The position numbers were made by a program, and so were the translations under genes. Below are positions 1 through 10,303 of a stretch of 64,000 bases of DNA, piece by piece (the first letter of the stretch is position 1; every line of letters begins with the position of its first letter). Below the pieces are notes generated by a model. That model searched no databases, had not been told where the DNA came from, and saw only the letters and a list, made by a program, of their open reading frames with translations. This DNA is from Wickerhamiella versatilis (taxonomy: Eukaryota): positions 62,001 through 126,000 of the forward strand of contig JAQOWU010000003.1 of the NCBI GenBank assembly GCA_030867685.1, given 5' to 3'.

Positions 1-1248
1 TTAATGAAGCCACCAATCAAGTTATCTTGCAACAGGGAATTATTTGAGGTATGTGCTGCCATCTACATAAGCACTCCGAGCATTTTTACACATCCCCTCC
101 TATCGCCTGAGGATATTATTTCGTCACAAAACCATCGGGATCCTTTAGTCCTGCAAGGTATTGAGTGCGTGGTTATGATCTTCGGATGCGTGAGTATGCG
201 CAGAAGTTCGGACTTCGGGTCTTTTTCTATTCCACTTGTCGAATCACAAGAAAGAGCTGCATGCTTCCAGGCTATTCAATGTATAAATTCAATTCGATAC
301 TCAGAGCCAACCTATTTCAATTTCAGACTTGCTGTCTTGCTATTGTGGCTCCTGCATGCATTTAGCGCATTCCCCTCCATGTTGGATATACTTTATTCGG
401 TGCTTAATATGGGACATGCCCTGAGAATCAATGATCCTGAGTTCTTTATAGACCAGGATCACGATAGACAGAGAATTGTCTGGTTCCTGGCGGTCAATTT
501 AGAGTACCTCTTCGCAATACCAATGTCCAGTAAACCGCGTAATAATCCAAATCTCCCCGCAGTGGTGATCCCCGAATCTTACTCGGACCATGTGAAAGCT
601 TTTCTCCTTTATGTTTCTGAGATTCATGACATTTATAGAAGGGCCTGGGATATTTCCTTCTCTTATAATGGCCATCGACGTTCTATTGAGGACATTGGTG
701 AACATATCTCTATTCTTGTAAAAGACACCAGCGATTGGCGGAATAAGGTCCCCAATGATATCTGGGCTCGACCAATCTTCAACTCGACATTCTCTGAGCA
801 TCTTACCACAATGAGTTCAGGAAATTTGAAATTCAAATATTACCATACCTTGATAGCGATTCACTCTATCTGGGCATTTGCTCCTGCAACATTTGAAGAG
901 CTATCTTTTTCATCATTGAGCAAGGTATGCGACGCAGCACGTTCCCTGTTTCTTGATGCAGTAAGCACCCAGAGTGTAAAGGGTGACTGTACGATACTAC
1001 ATTCGATTGGTGTAACTACTAGCATTTCGGTACTGCTTTACAAGCAGATTTACTACCCTAGGAATGTGATGAATGCTCAGGATGTGGTATTTCTCAAAAC
1101 CCATATGGGGTATTTTCACCAAAAACCCAGGTTCTCAATAGGTGAGGTAAATCCTCTGGTGGATGTATGGAGCCTACTTGTCGATTTAATATCAAAGCAT
1201 TACGATTATTACCATAGTAATCCAGACTCGAATTTTCTGGTTTTTTAA
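1..1248 (+). CDS. Fungal-specific transcription factor (Zn2Cys6-type middle homology / Fungal_trans region), probably 5'-truncated by the window edge
   Basis: 414-aa ORF whose frame is open to base 1. The segment 'GHALRIN...RQRIVWFLAVNLEYLFAI...KPR' resembles the R.RxxW...D/E motif of Fungal_trans domains. No Zn cluster is visible inside the window. Confidence 0.6.
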   Translation, partial: LMKPPIKLSCNRELFEVCAAIYISTPSIFTHPLLSPEDIISSQNHRDPLVLQGIECVVMIFGCVSMRRSSDFGSFSIPLVESQERAACFQAIQCINSIRYSEPTYFNFRLAVLLLWLLHAFSAFPSMLDILYSVLNMGHALRINDPEFFIDQDHDRQRIVWFLAVNLEYLFAIPMSSKPRNNPNLPAVVIPESYSDHVKAFLLYVSEIHDIYRRAWDISFSYNGHRRSIEDIGEHISILVKDTSDWRNKVPNDIWARPIFNSTFSEHLTTMSSGNLKFKYYHTLIAIHSIWAFAPATFEELSFSSLSKVCDAARSLFLDAVSTQSVKGDCTILHSIGVTTSISVLLYKQIYYPRNVMNAQDVVFLKTHMGYFHQKPRFSIGEVNPLVDVWSLLVDLISKHYDYYHSNPDSNFLVF

Positions 1249-1347
1249 ATTTTTTTCTTACATTCAGGATGTGAATGGGCTTTATTGCATTGTCTACCCA
1301 GTCTCAGGTCAGGTGATATAGAGTAATAATGTTAGGATTGAGAACCC

Positions 1348-1875
1348 TCATGACAGGGGGGTTTGAGTATTCTCGTAGTATTTAGCGCACAATTGCTCAA
1401 ATACTTGGTTGGGACAAATACAGACCAACAGGTATACCAGTCTCGGAAATCCCAAGAAAAAAAACCTCATAATGACCCCCTTTGACCACTTTCGAAGGGC
1501 TAGCAGGGGTAAGAGACCTATTAATGTAATCCAGATCGCGGATTCTGCCAGCCGATAGACGTCCATTTCAGAAAGCGGTTGACTGGCCAAATCAATGTAT
1601 GTAACGTATGCTACGTAGCCGCACAAAGTATATTTCATGTTATACCTGCGTACAAGTCTATCGCTGGTCGCCTCTCTGATATCAGTATCATTTTTGAGTT
1701 CGTCACTTTCACAGATTTCCTTCAATCGTCGACTAATAAGGCGATCACCCAAGATCAAAAGACCAACAGCAAAAATCTGGATAACACGAGTGAGAAATGT
1801 TAATAAATTCAGCAGCATTATTATGCCACCATTGTAAAAAGCATTATGCCATGCATTATGGTAGACGTCCGCCAT
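1348..1875 (-). CDS. Hypothetical membrane protein
   Basis: 175-aa ATG ORF with several hydrophobic segments; no family recognised. Confidence 0.4.
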   Translation of the reverse strand: MADVYHNAWHNAFYNGGIIMLLNLLTFLTRVIQIFAVGLLILGDRLISRRLKEICESDELKNDTDIREATSDRLVRRYNMKYTLCGYVAYVTYIDLASQPLSEMDVYRLAESAIWITLIGLLPLLALRKWSKGVIMRFFFLGFPRLVYLLVCICPNQVFEQLCAKYYENTQTPLS

Positions 1876-2282
1876 ATGTGTTCCTAGATAAACAGGGAAG
1901 TGTTACTAATAATAGCAATGTCATGTCATCAGGAAGAAGTGACGGGCTGTCTCATGCTAGACTTACTCATCAAGTTAGATCGACAAGTCAGCGGTAGGAC
2001 TGGCAGCATTTAGTGAATATTTAGCTTTGACGCGTGATGTGGATAACTATCAGACAAAGTAGAGATAATTACACTAGCCACGAGAAGATATGAACCTGAA
2101 ACACGAGATATATTATTATTGGTATTTTCCGCGTGATTAACTTCTCGAAACGATATTAGCCTATATGAACTTAAAAGCATAAACTATTAGAGAAATTGTT
2201 TCAGGATTATGATCTAATTTTTCAGGAATTGTTTAAATACAGTAGCCATAATACCCAAGAAACCTATCGTTCACGTTCCCTC

Positions 2283-2840
2283 ATGCAATTCGCCACTCTT
2301 TCCATCCTCGCTTCTTTCGCCCTTGCCGCCCCATCGAAATTCGATAACACTGTCGAGGACTGTTTCGACCAAAGCGACTACGATTCCAACTCCAATCCTA
2401 ACATGGCTGGTCTTCATAACGCCATCACCAACTCAAAGCAGGTCGTTGACACCCTTGCTGGCCAGATAAAATCCGGTGATGGTCACGCCGTTGCCAGCTC
2501 TCTTAACGCCTTGATCACAGGCACTGACTCCCAGATTGACAACGTCCTTGGTATGCTCACCGACTCCAAGGCATTGACCTATGCTACCCTTGGTGTTAAC
2601 AAGGATATTGGTAACTTCCTCCTTGGTGACTTCTTCCAGTCCGTAACCAATGGAGTCGAGGTTCTGATCGGTAATATTGGCGGTGGCGCAATTGACCTTG
2701 TTACTGATGGTGGCATCAAGGATCTTTCGCAAGCCATTGGCAAACTGAACGACATGGCATCCAAAGACTTCCACGTCAGTGACGATAAGGTAAACGCGTT
2801 GACCAATGTTAATACCCAGCTCATGCAGCTCAAGCACTAG
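2283..2840 (+). CDS. Small secreted protein of unknown function
   Basis: ATG at 2283 gives the signal peptide MQFATLSILASFALA-AP. Codons are strongly C/T-ending by eye. The longer ORF-track start at 2196 is a TTG. Confidence 0.75.
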   Translation: MQFATLSILASFALAAPSKFDNTVEDCFDQSDYDSNSNPNMAGLHNAITNSKQVVDTLAGQIKSGDGHAVASSLNALITGTDSQIDNVLGMLTDSKALTYATLGVNKDIGNFLLGDFFQSVTNGVEVLIGNIGGGAIDLVTDGGIKDLSQAIGKLNDMASKDFHVSDDKVNALTNVNTQLMQLKH

Positions 2841-2963
2841 ATTAGAATTAAGTGTACTTTGTATAGATATGAATTATATTGCAATCATTTAAGGCATCAC
2901 CAGAGGATACACATTGCTTTTATGGAGAAGTAATCATCATGTGACAAAATGTAAGGCGATCAA

Positions 2964-3062
2964 GGCAGTGTGGCCGAGTGGTTAAGGCGAGAGATTAGAA
3001 TCTCCAGATAGCTTGCTATCTCTTGGGCTCTGCCCTCGCAGGTTCGAATCCTGCCGCTGTCG
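2964..3062 (+). tRNA. tRNA-Ser(AGA) with a 17-nt intron (3001-3017)
   Basis: Acceptor stem GGCAGTG/CGCTGTC plus G73; A-box TGGCCGAGTGG; anticodon arm AGAGA-TT-AGA-A^A-TCTCT with the intron at canonical position 37/38; long variable arm GGGC-TCT-GCCC; B-box GGTTCGAATCC. Confidence 0.95.
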
Positions 3063-3069
3063 TCATTCC

Positions 3070-3076
3070 TTTTTTT
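3070..3076 (+). terminator. RNA polymerase III oligo-T terminator of the tRNA gene
   Basis: T7 run 8 nt after the tRNA 3' end. Confidence 0.75.
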
Positions 3077-3851
3077 CCAGGAATTATTTTTTTCTGATTT
3101 CTGAGGTTTTTTTTTCTTTTTGCTGATGATAGTAGCATTCCACAATTCATCCTTAGACTGAAGGGACAATGCGGGACAATCCTAGTGCATGATTTTTGCG
3201 CAATTTGCATATGAGCCATGGAGCCGCAGCCAGCCAGCTGCTTGTACTCTCATAATGTATAGCACTCTTTGTACGATCATCGAGATTAACTAACTAACTA
3301 ACTAGTATAACGGTTTCATCTAATCAGCCCTAGGAGAAGATCTAATTAGAGTGGAAAAGATATTACGCCAACCAAACTGGTGGGATCCTATCTATATTTC
3401 CACTGTGAATCGCCTTTTTCCTGAGAGTTCTACGAGCAGACATAGACCTGGGCGGCTCGGGTAGCTATACTCTTAACGGATTATCTGGAGTTAAGCAATC
3501 GGGCTTGCCTAACCAGATTCGCGTGAGTTAGTAATACGATAGTAACATTGCTCTTATCACACGTTAGGAAAGGCAAAGGTAGCCGAGATTTCAGAAACAC
3601 TCTCCTATAGAGGGGATCAGCATCAGCATTCGAATGTCCAAAAAGACCATTAGAGCTCTTTCGATGAACCTCTTATTTCGAAATTTGTCTTACGGTTTGC
3701 AGAGAGTGTCGCAGTATCGCAAGGGTTGTGGTGAAAAGCAGTGAGTAATTTATGTGTCATGTAGCTTTTAATTAATTCCGTGGCATCGTAGTCTTATCAA
3801 ATCTCCCGCCAAATAGTTACTTGTACAGCTAACGGCGAGATAGGGAAGGAA

Positions 3852-5513
3852 ATGGGGTCATATGGTATAGACAGGATCTTTTATCGGGGACGTATCTACA
3901 CTGGTGACAAGAAATGTCCTTGGGTCGAGGCACTGGCAGTATCCGAGGGTAAGATCAAGGCTCTGGGCAGCACTCAAGAGATCCAGAAACTGGCTTCAGG
4001 GAACACCCATCAGGTTGATCTTGGTGACCGTTTTATGATGCCTGGAATCAGTGATGGCCACATCCACTTAGGTCTCGGGGGTAAATTGATCGCTTTTGAA
4101 CTCAGTTTGGATCCCACAGACTCCCTTGATACCGTATTAAAGAAGGTAGAGGACTGGGCCACTAATTTAGACGAAGGAGAATGGGTTGTTGGTGGAACAG
4201 TAGGTAGTACGGAGCTCGACAAAGCTTTCTATGATGTCACAATCCTGGCTAGGCTGGATGCTGCTTCGCAAGGACATCCAGTCCTACTGCGTGATGATAC
4301 CATGCACAACCGCTGGGTGAACACGGCAGCCATGAAGATCATGGGTATTGACGACAAGACTCCTGACCCAGAGGGTGGGCGCTATGTTAAGGACAAGGAA
4401 GGGCGACTTACCGGCGTTTTTGCGGAGCTTGCATCAACTGTCGTGGAGGAGCATCATGAAAAGTCTATTGCAGATCCTGAAAAGTATCAGCTGGAAGCAG
4501 TCCGCGCTGCTATAAAGCTGCTCAACTCCCATGGCATCACAAGCTTACAGGAATCAGCAAGTATGAAGCAAATGTTTCGCGCCCTCTCCCAGTTGGAGAA
4601 TGAAGGAGAACTGACTTCATGGGTAGTGACCTCCACCCCCTCACGAACCTTCATCGAACCTGGTGAGACGGGTAAAGGGCTTTACGACTACGCAGCCAAT
4701 TACCGGACGAAACACGTGTTCCCTGACTTTGTGAAGTTCGTCCTAGATGGTGTCCCCATGACTCGCACCTCTGCAATGCTGGCGCCATACATTTGCCACC
4801 ACCATGGAGAGGATCCTGACTTCTGTGGTGTCGCATTCTGGGAGCTCAAGGACCTGGTATTGGAACTCCAGCGGATCGCGGAACGCGGCTTGGGCGCTAA
4901 ACTCCATGCGACAGGAGACGCTGCCGTCCGCTTGGCTTTAGATGCTATACAGAAGATCAGAGAGGAGGGCAACCATGACGCTAAGTATCATATTGCCCAT
5001 ACCGAATTTATCTCTCCCAGTGACATGGCACGTTTCGCTGGCCTCAATGTTGTGGCTGATGCCTCCCCTCATATTTGGTATCCTGGAGTCGTTCAAGCGG
5101 GTAATGCCACGCAGATTCCAGCCAAGACAGTGAACAGCAGTTGGCCGAATAAAACGCTTCTAGAATCGGGGGCAATCGTGGCAGCCGGTTCCGACTGGCC
5201 TTGCTCCCTCCCGGATCCCTCACCTTGGATCGGCCTGGAATCTATCGTCACAAGAAAGAACCCCCTGAATCCCACTGCTGAAACTCTCAATTTCCCAGAG
5301 GCACTGAGTCTTGAACAGGCTATCTATAGCTTTACTGCGGGACCCGCCCAGGCTATGGGACTCGGTAAAGTGACGGGGACTTTGGAGGAAGGAATGTCGG
5401 CGGATTTTATTGTCTTGAACCATAATCTGTTTGAAATTCCTTTAGACCAGATTCACTCCACGAAAGTGGAGTCCACATGGTTCGAGGGGCGCGAAGTGTT
5501 CAAAAGAGAGTAA
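3852..5513 (+). CDS. Metal-dependent amidohydrolase, Amidohydro_3 / YtcJ-like (NfdA N-substituted formamide deformylase-related)
   Basis: N-terminal 'GRIYTGD...WVEALAV'; metal motifs DGHIH, KFVLDG, HATGD, HIAHTE, GSDWP; C-terminal 'GTLEEGMSADFIVL'. Confidence 0.9.
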   Translation: MGSYGIDRIFYRGRIYTGDKKCPWVEALAVSEGKIKALGSTQEIQKLASGNTHQVDLGDRFMMPGISDGHIHLGLGGKLIAFELSLDPTDSLDTVLKKVEDWATNLDEGEWVVGGTVGSTELDKAFYDVTILARLDAASQGHPVLLRDDTMHNRWVNTAAMKIMGIDDKTPDPEGGRYVKDKEGRLTGVFAELASTVVEEHHEKSIADPEKYQLEAVRAAIKLLNSHGITSLQESASMKQMFRALSQLENEGELTSWVVTSTPSRTFIEPGETGKGLYDYAANYRTKHVFPDFVKFVLDGVPMTRTSAMLAPYICHHHGEDPDFCGVAFWELKDLVLELQRIAERGLGAKLHATGDAAVRLALDAIQKIREEGNHDAKYHIAHTEFISPSDMARFAGLNVVADASPHIWYPGVVQAGNATQIPAKTVNSSWPNKTLLESGAIVAAGSDWPCSLPDPSPWIGLESIVTRKNPLNPTAETLNFPEALSLEQAIYSFTAGPAQAMGLGKVTGTLEEGMSADFIVLNHNLFEIPLDQIHSTKVESTWFEGREVFKRE

Positions 5514-5867
5514 CGGAATATAGTATCTTAGCCTAACCATAGAATAGTATACTACATGCATTGTTTGTCGAGCTACCACTCCACCTGGGTTAACGTGAGA
5601 CGAGTCTTTTGAATCATTCCCCAGTCTTTTAGACCCTGAACTGAGGTTAGTGGGGGTTTCTGTGTTTGGTAGGATTTAAAAACGTCCAACTTAGTGGGCA
5701 ATTTTTCGCTGTTGTTTAATATACATGATTAGTTTTCCTATTCCAAAGAATTTTAATTAAGCAGTTCAAATATAAAACCGACCAGCTCTTGTCAACCTTT
5801 CTTGTCACTTTTCAAGCCACCATTCATGTATGCGGTCGGGTATTTAGCTTCTAGCACCTTGGCATTT

Positions 5868-7427
5868 TCAGGGGAGGCTTATTTCATCTGATAGCTGCTC
5901 CTTCTCAGCAAGTTCGTGCTCGCGTCTATGATGCCTAGGTAAAGTAATCCAGAGAACTAATCCAGTTACAGAAGCAAGCGATGAAACCCCAATCGAAAAA
6001 TACATTGCTCCACGCCAAGCTCTTAGATCCGGATCAGGATGGTTCTGCTGTAGGGTGAGCTGATGGGAGACGGTACCGGCCATTCCCAGGAATATAGAAA
6101 CACCGTAATTTAATGCAGTGGAGACTAGAGAACCAGCAAGACCTTGTAAATGTGGAGGTAATGTGTCGCTCATGATTATAGATGCACCAGGAAAAGACCA
6201 TTCCATGCCAAAGACTGCAATAAGCCATAGTCCAAATGTTGAACGCCAATATGTTTCATGGACAGGACAAGTGGCCAGAATTATGTCCCCAGCCAGGAAA
6301 CACAGCATGCTCCCCAAGAAAACATGGCGCACGTTTTGCTTGTGTTTCATTAACAAACCACAGGTGATGGATGCCACCATACCCATCACAATCGCAGGAC
6401 AATTGGCCGCACCCGCAGCCACGGGTGTATAATGCCGGAAATTTAGGAGGAAGAGGAAAAATTGATATGTCTTTATCCCGAAAGAGCCCCAGCCGAGAAA
6501 CGTACAAGCCAGTGTGAGTAGAAGCACGCCATTGTCGAGTATCTCGCGTCCGAGTAACGGAGCTCTTGCGAACTTCAGCTCATACACCAAAAAAATGGGT
6601 ATTAGAAGGACCCCTATTATCAGCAAAACGATAATATATGGACTATTCCACCCCACTACCGGTGCTTGATTCCATGCAAAATTAAATAACACAAGCCCCC
6701 CCACGCCCAAAACCGAGCCGATCCAATCAACTTCATTATACCTATGAGGCTCAATATGCGGTATAGATACGAGCGAGAGCAGCATACCTACAAAACACAG
6801 AATAGAATATGAGTAAAAAGCCCAATCCCACCTCGGTGTTTCTGTGCCAATAATGCCGGCAAACAGCGTGCCCAGGCAGCCCCCTAAGGGCGCACAAAGT
6901 CCAATAAGAGCGAATACCATGTTCTTCCTGAGGGTGCCGGGCTTATATATACGACCAACGGCGCCCAGTATGTTGGGTAAAATAAAGGCCAGTCCGCAGC
7001 CTTGGAAAGTTCTGCAGCAAACGAAGAAGTTGGAATTTACATAGTAGCTGAAACCACATAGTAAAGACCACACTAATGTCCAGGCATAGCCTCCTAGGAT
7101 TGCAATTTTCAATCCGTATTTATCGCCAATCGAGCCGCTAGGAAGAATGAGCGTACCCAACCCCAATCCAACACTTGCGACATACCATGTGGCCGCGTCG
7201 GAAGACACATCGAAGTCACTCTGCATGATTCGCAGGATAGACATCACATTTGTGGTTGCACTCAATGCTAATGTCTGGCCCATCATTGCAGATGTAATGA
7301 ACGCATACTCTAAAAAGGGATTCTTCGCAAAGTAGCGTGGATCGGTAAACCTCTGCTCTTGGATTGATTCAGAAACCTGCTTCACATCCTCCTTCTCCTC
7401 GAAACCTGATTCTGCACCTGTATCCAT
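5868..7427 (-). CDS. MFS drug:H+ antiporter, DHA2 family (ATR1-like)
   Basis: About 14 hydrophobic segments; ATR1-family motifs 'GTLILPSGSIGDKYG', 'FNFAWNQAPVVGW..PY', 'GMEWSFP', 'QGLAGSLV'. Confidence 0.88.
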   Translation of the reverse strand: MDTGAESGFEEKEDVKQVSESIQEQRFTDPRYFAKNPFLEYAFITSAMMGQTLALSATTNVMSILRIMQSDFDVSSDAATWYVASVGLGLGTLILPSGSIGDKYGLKIAILGGYAWTLVWSLLCGFSYYVNSNFFVCCRTFQGCGLAFILPNILGAVGRIYKPGTLRKNMVFALIGLCAPLGGCLGTLFAGIIGTETPRWDWAFYSYSILCFVGMLLSLVSIPHIEPHRYNEVDWIGSVLGVGGLVLFNFAWNQAPVVGWNSPYIIVLLIIGVLLIPIFLVYELKFARAPLLGREILDNGVLLLTLACTFLGWGSFGIKTYQFFLFLLNFRHYTPVAAGAANCPAIVMGMVASITCGLLMKHKQNVRHVFLGSMLCFLAGDIILATCPVHETYWRSTFGLWLIAVFGMEWSFPGASIIMSDTLPPHLQGLAGSLVSTALNYGVSIFLGMAGTVSHQLTLQQNHPDPDLRAWRGAMYFSIGVSSLASVTGLVLWITLPRHHRREHELAEKEQLSDEISLP

Positions 7428-8045
7428 CGTAAGTTCTGGTACCTATTTATCGAGGTTGCGAACTTCCGGATGACGGGATGTCGCTTAGTCACGTTTTTTT
7501 GTGGTGTCACGCTTTATTATTACGACATTGGTGCTTAACTGACATCACACTACAGCTATTACATATATTGCGTCCGGTGACAAAGAGTTTTCAGTCTTTT
7601 TTTTTAAATGCGATGTGGAGAAATGCCTTGCGGTAATTTGCCCTCTATGTTTAGTATTTGGGTTTTGAGCCCTCCCCCTGCATATGTGATAGATAGCGCT
7701 ATTAAGTGCATTTGCCTAAATTCTGAAAGCCAAAGAACCTCACAATCTAATCTTTGGGCTCCCTTCTAAATGACTCACTAAATTAATGACTTGTAATGAA
7801 TTCGGTACATGTTACCTGATGTGTGAAGGCGAGGGTAAGATAAACAGAGGATTACATAATAGATATGTACTAAAAGCGAATCATTTGGCGAGCTTATGTT
7901 AGCCCACTACTACCTGGTGGCAACTGAAAAGAGGAGCCAAAATTAGCTGCCCAATGTTTGAGTAGGATTTTTTAAACAAGTAAGTTATGTCTCTATAAAG
8001 CTAGAATGACACTTATGTGCCATGTAACTAAGTTCGTAGGTGAAA

Positions 8046-9746
8046 TCATTCCAATTCGTCTTCCGCGATCCAGTTGTAGTAAGTTTCTGCTGATCGGGCT
8101 CTACTATTTTTACCCCACAAGAGCATTGGTATAGAGGTTATCCAGAAAGCGAAGCCAAAAATAAAGGCAACAGATATAAACGCATTTTGCATTCCCATCC
8201 CGCCAATCCAGGCAGTGATTCCGAATGAAACCGCAAAACTGATAGTGTTACGCATGAGAACAATCGCAACTATGCAGTCGCTGCCTATTCCTCCTGCAGC
8301 ATCAATGGCATATGTGTAAGGAACCACTGAGGACAATGCCATACAGAATCCTAACATGCCTAGGCCGAAAACCGGCCCAATCCAGTGGATTCCCTTTGCT
8401 GCACCAACACCGTACAAAATATATGCAGCAGGGAACATAACAATGAGCGGTAAAACTCCATATATACGATCCTCAGCTTCGTGAACACCTCCCCGCTTTC
8501 CAGCAATGTAGAGACAGAGCCAGTCATTGAGCGGGCCTGCAACAAGACATCCTATAATTATACCAACAGCACCACCTATGTAGGTAAGACCAACCGCTCC
8601 TTCAGAGAAATTATAAGGTGGTCCAGAGAAAGTGGTTGAGATTGTCCCCGTGAGGACCTGAAACCCACACAACGACGAGGCTACCATCCATCCTGCCCAC
8701 TGTATGTGGGGCAGTTTGTATAGGACTACGAAAGGACGCAGAAACTGCCAGAGAGTAGGAAACTTCCGCAATCTCGAGAAGAGCTTGATCTTTTGCCAGT
8801 ACGGCTTGCGTTTGTATACATCGGATTGCGATTCGACTTCTTTATCATAGGTGGGAGACTCATCTTTGTACTGATTTGGCGGCGGTCGTACGGTCTTCTC
8901 TTGTTCCATTACTTGTGAGATGTTCGGCAAATCAGCAGGTTCTTTCTGGGGTGTTGCGCCGCTCAAAACTGGCAGTTTACGGACATACCCGCTCTCCTCG
9001 AAAAAGAAAAACAGAAACACACCAGCCGCACCGGAGAATATAGCGACAAAGTAAAATACCCATTGCAAAGACATATTTTGGGCAACCCAAGCCGCTGCTA
9101 ATGGGCCGAAAAATGTGCCTCCATTTAGAGCGAATCCATAGAGGGACATCCAGAAGGCACGCTCGTGCTCAAAGAATACGTCAGCCACTAGAAGCTCTAT
9201 CAAACTCTCTACAGGAGCGCCGAGAATACCTTGCAATGCACGCGCTCCGTAGTAACTTCCGTTGGTGTAAGTGTAGGCGTTCCACATGACTGCACCTACG
9301 CCGCAACCAAAAGACATCATAAGTACGAGAAAGCGGCGTCCATAGCTCATAGACAGCGGCTGAAAAAGCACATTAAGCCAGCCGAAAAGCAGGAAGGACA
9401 CCGAGGTCCCTCGAGTCACAACGGTTACGTTTACGTGCATTTTTTGAAAGCCTTCCACTAATACTCCGAAAACAGAGGTCAGACAGCAAATAAGAAACGT
9501 AATAAAGATAGCCTGAGAAATAAAAAAGATTTTGCGAAACTTCGTCCAGTTCAAAGGGTCATCAGGATCTGACGACGGCTGCGGTACTAGCACAATGCCA
9601 TTTCCACGATGTTTGACATCTTCGCGCTTATGCTGAAGATCGAGAATATTTGTAGTTCCAGGAGTACCATCATGCTGCTCTCGCTGCGCGATCTGCTCGA
9701 TGTTTTCCTGCGACGCTGTGGTCTTCACCGGTTGGAACCACTCCAT
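8046..9746 (-). CDS. MFS permease, HOL1-like (copy 1)
   Basis: First ATG is at 9746 (MEWFQPV). Motifs 'LVPQPSSDPDDPLNW', 'DVFFEHER', 'EAEDR'; about 12 TM segments. Confidence 0.88.
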   Translation of the reverse strand: MEWFQPVKTTASQENIEQIAQREQHDGTPGTTNILDLQHKREDVKHRGNGIVLVPQPSSDPDDPLNWTKFRKIFFISQAIFITFLICCLTSVFGVLVEGFQKMHVNVTVVTRGTSVSFLLFGWLNVLFQPLSMSYGRRFLVLMMSFGCGVGAVMWNAYTYTNGSYYGARALQGILGAPVESLIELLVADVFFEHERAFWMSLYGFALNGGTFFGPLAAAWVAQNMSLQWVFYFVAIFSGAAGVFLFFFFEESGYVRKLPVLSGATPQKEPADLPNISQVMEQEKTVRPPPNQYKDESPTYDKEVESQSDVYKRKPYWQKIKLFSRLRKFPTLWQFLRPFVVLYKLPHIQWAGWMVASSLCGFQVLTGTISTTFSGPPYNFSEGAVGLTYIGGAVGIIIGCLVAGPLNDWLCLYIAGKRGGVHEAEDRIYGVLPLIVMFPAAYILYGVGAAKGIHWIGPVFGLGMLGFCMALSSVVPYTYAIDAAGGIGSDCIVAIVLMRNTISFAVSFGITAWIGGMGMQNAFISVAFIFGFAFWITSIPMLLWGKNSRARSAETYYNWIAEDELE

Positions 9747-10303
9747 TGAAGATACGAAATTATGTAAGCGCGCTTTGCGCTTTAATCCTAGGCTTATCAC
9801 ATATCTCCCGATGCATAAGGTAAAGTTAACCGGGGTGCTTGATCGCAAAGATACTAAGTTTATATTGGTTCCATTGAGTATATTAGGGCCTAGAAATTAG
9901 GTTTTAAATATTAAATCAATATAAATGCGCCTTCCCGGTCGATCTTGTTCGGAGCTCATTTATCTCAGACAGCTGAGCACGTGACACCTGTCGTATAGCA
10001 ATATAGGATGGTTGCCTCCTGGTTAGGCCGAAAACAAAGTATCTGCGTACAGAGCCAAGCTAGTAATCTCTCTATGTGGGTCTAATCACTTATATTGTCA
10101 GGCGAGCAGCCCTCAGTGGCGAAGAATTCATGGAAGTCTAGCTGCTTCTCAGGTCTCAGGTCAGACATAACACAACGAAGAAGGGTTGCATGTTATGAAA
10201 CGTGTTTCAAGACGTGATAGAGGTGAGAGGGTAATCTTGTATATCTAATTATGGAGGTGTGTGCTATTCCGGCCATAATGTCGACTAGTCTAATAGAAGT
10301 CGT

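Noticed and set aside
2960-3219. Minus-strand ORFs of 69 and 67 aa
   Set aside because: Antisense shadows of the tRNA gene and its T-tracts.
3287-3304. (TAAC)4 microsatellite
   Set aside because: Too short to interpret, and no intron context.
3842-3851. Shine-Dalgarno-like AGGGAAGGA before the amidohydrolase ATG
   Set aside because: AAGGA ends only 1 nt before the ATG, and purine-rich leaders are normal in yeast; no similar element was seen at the other bacterial-type genes.
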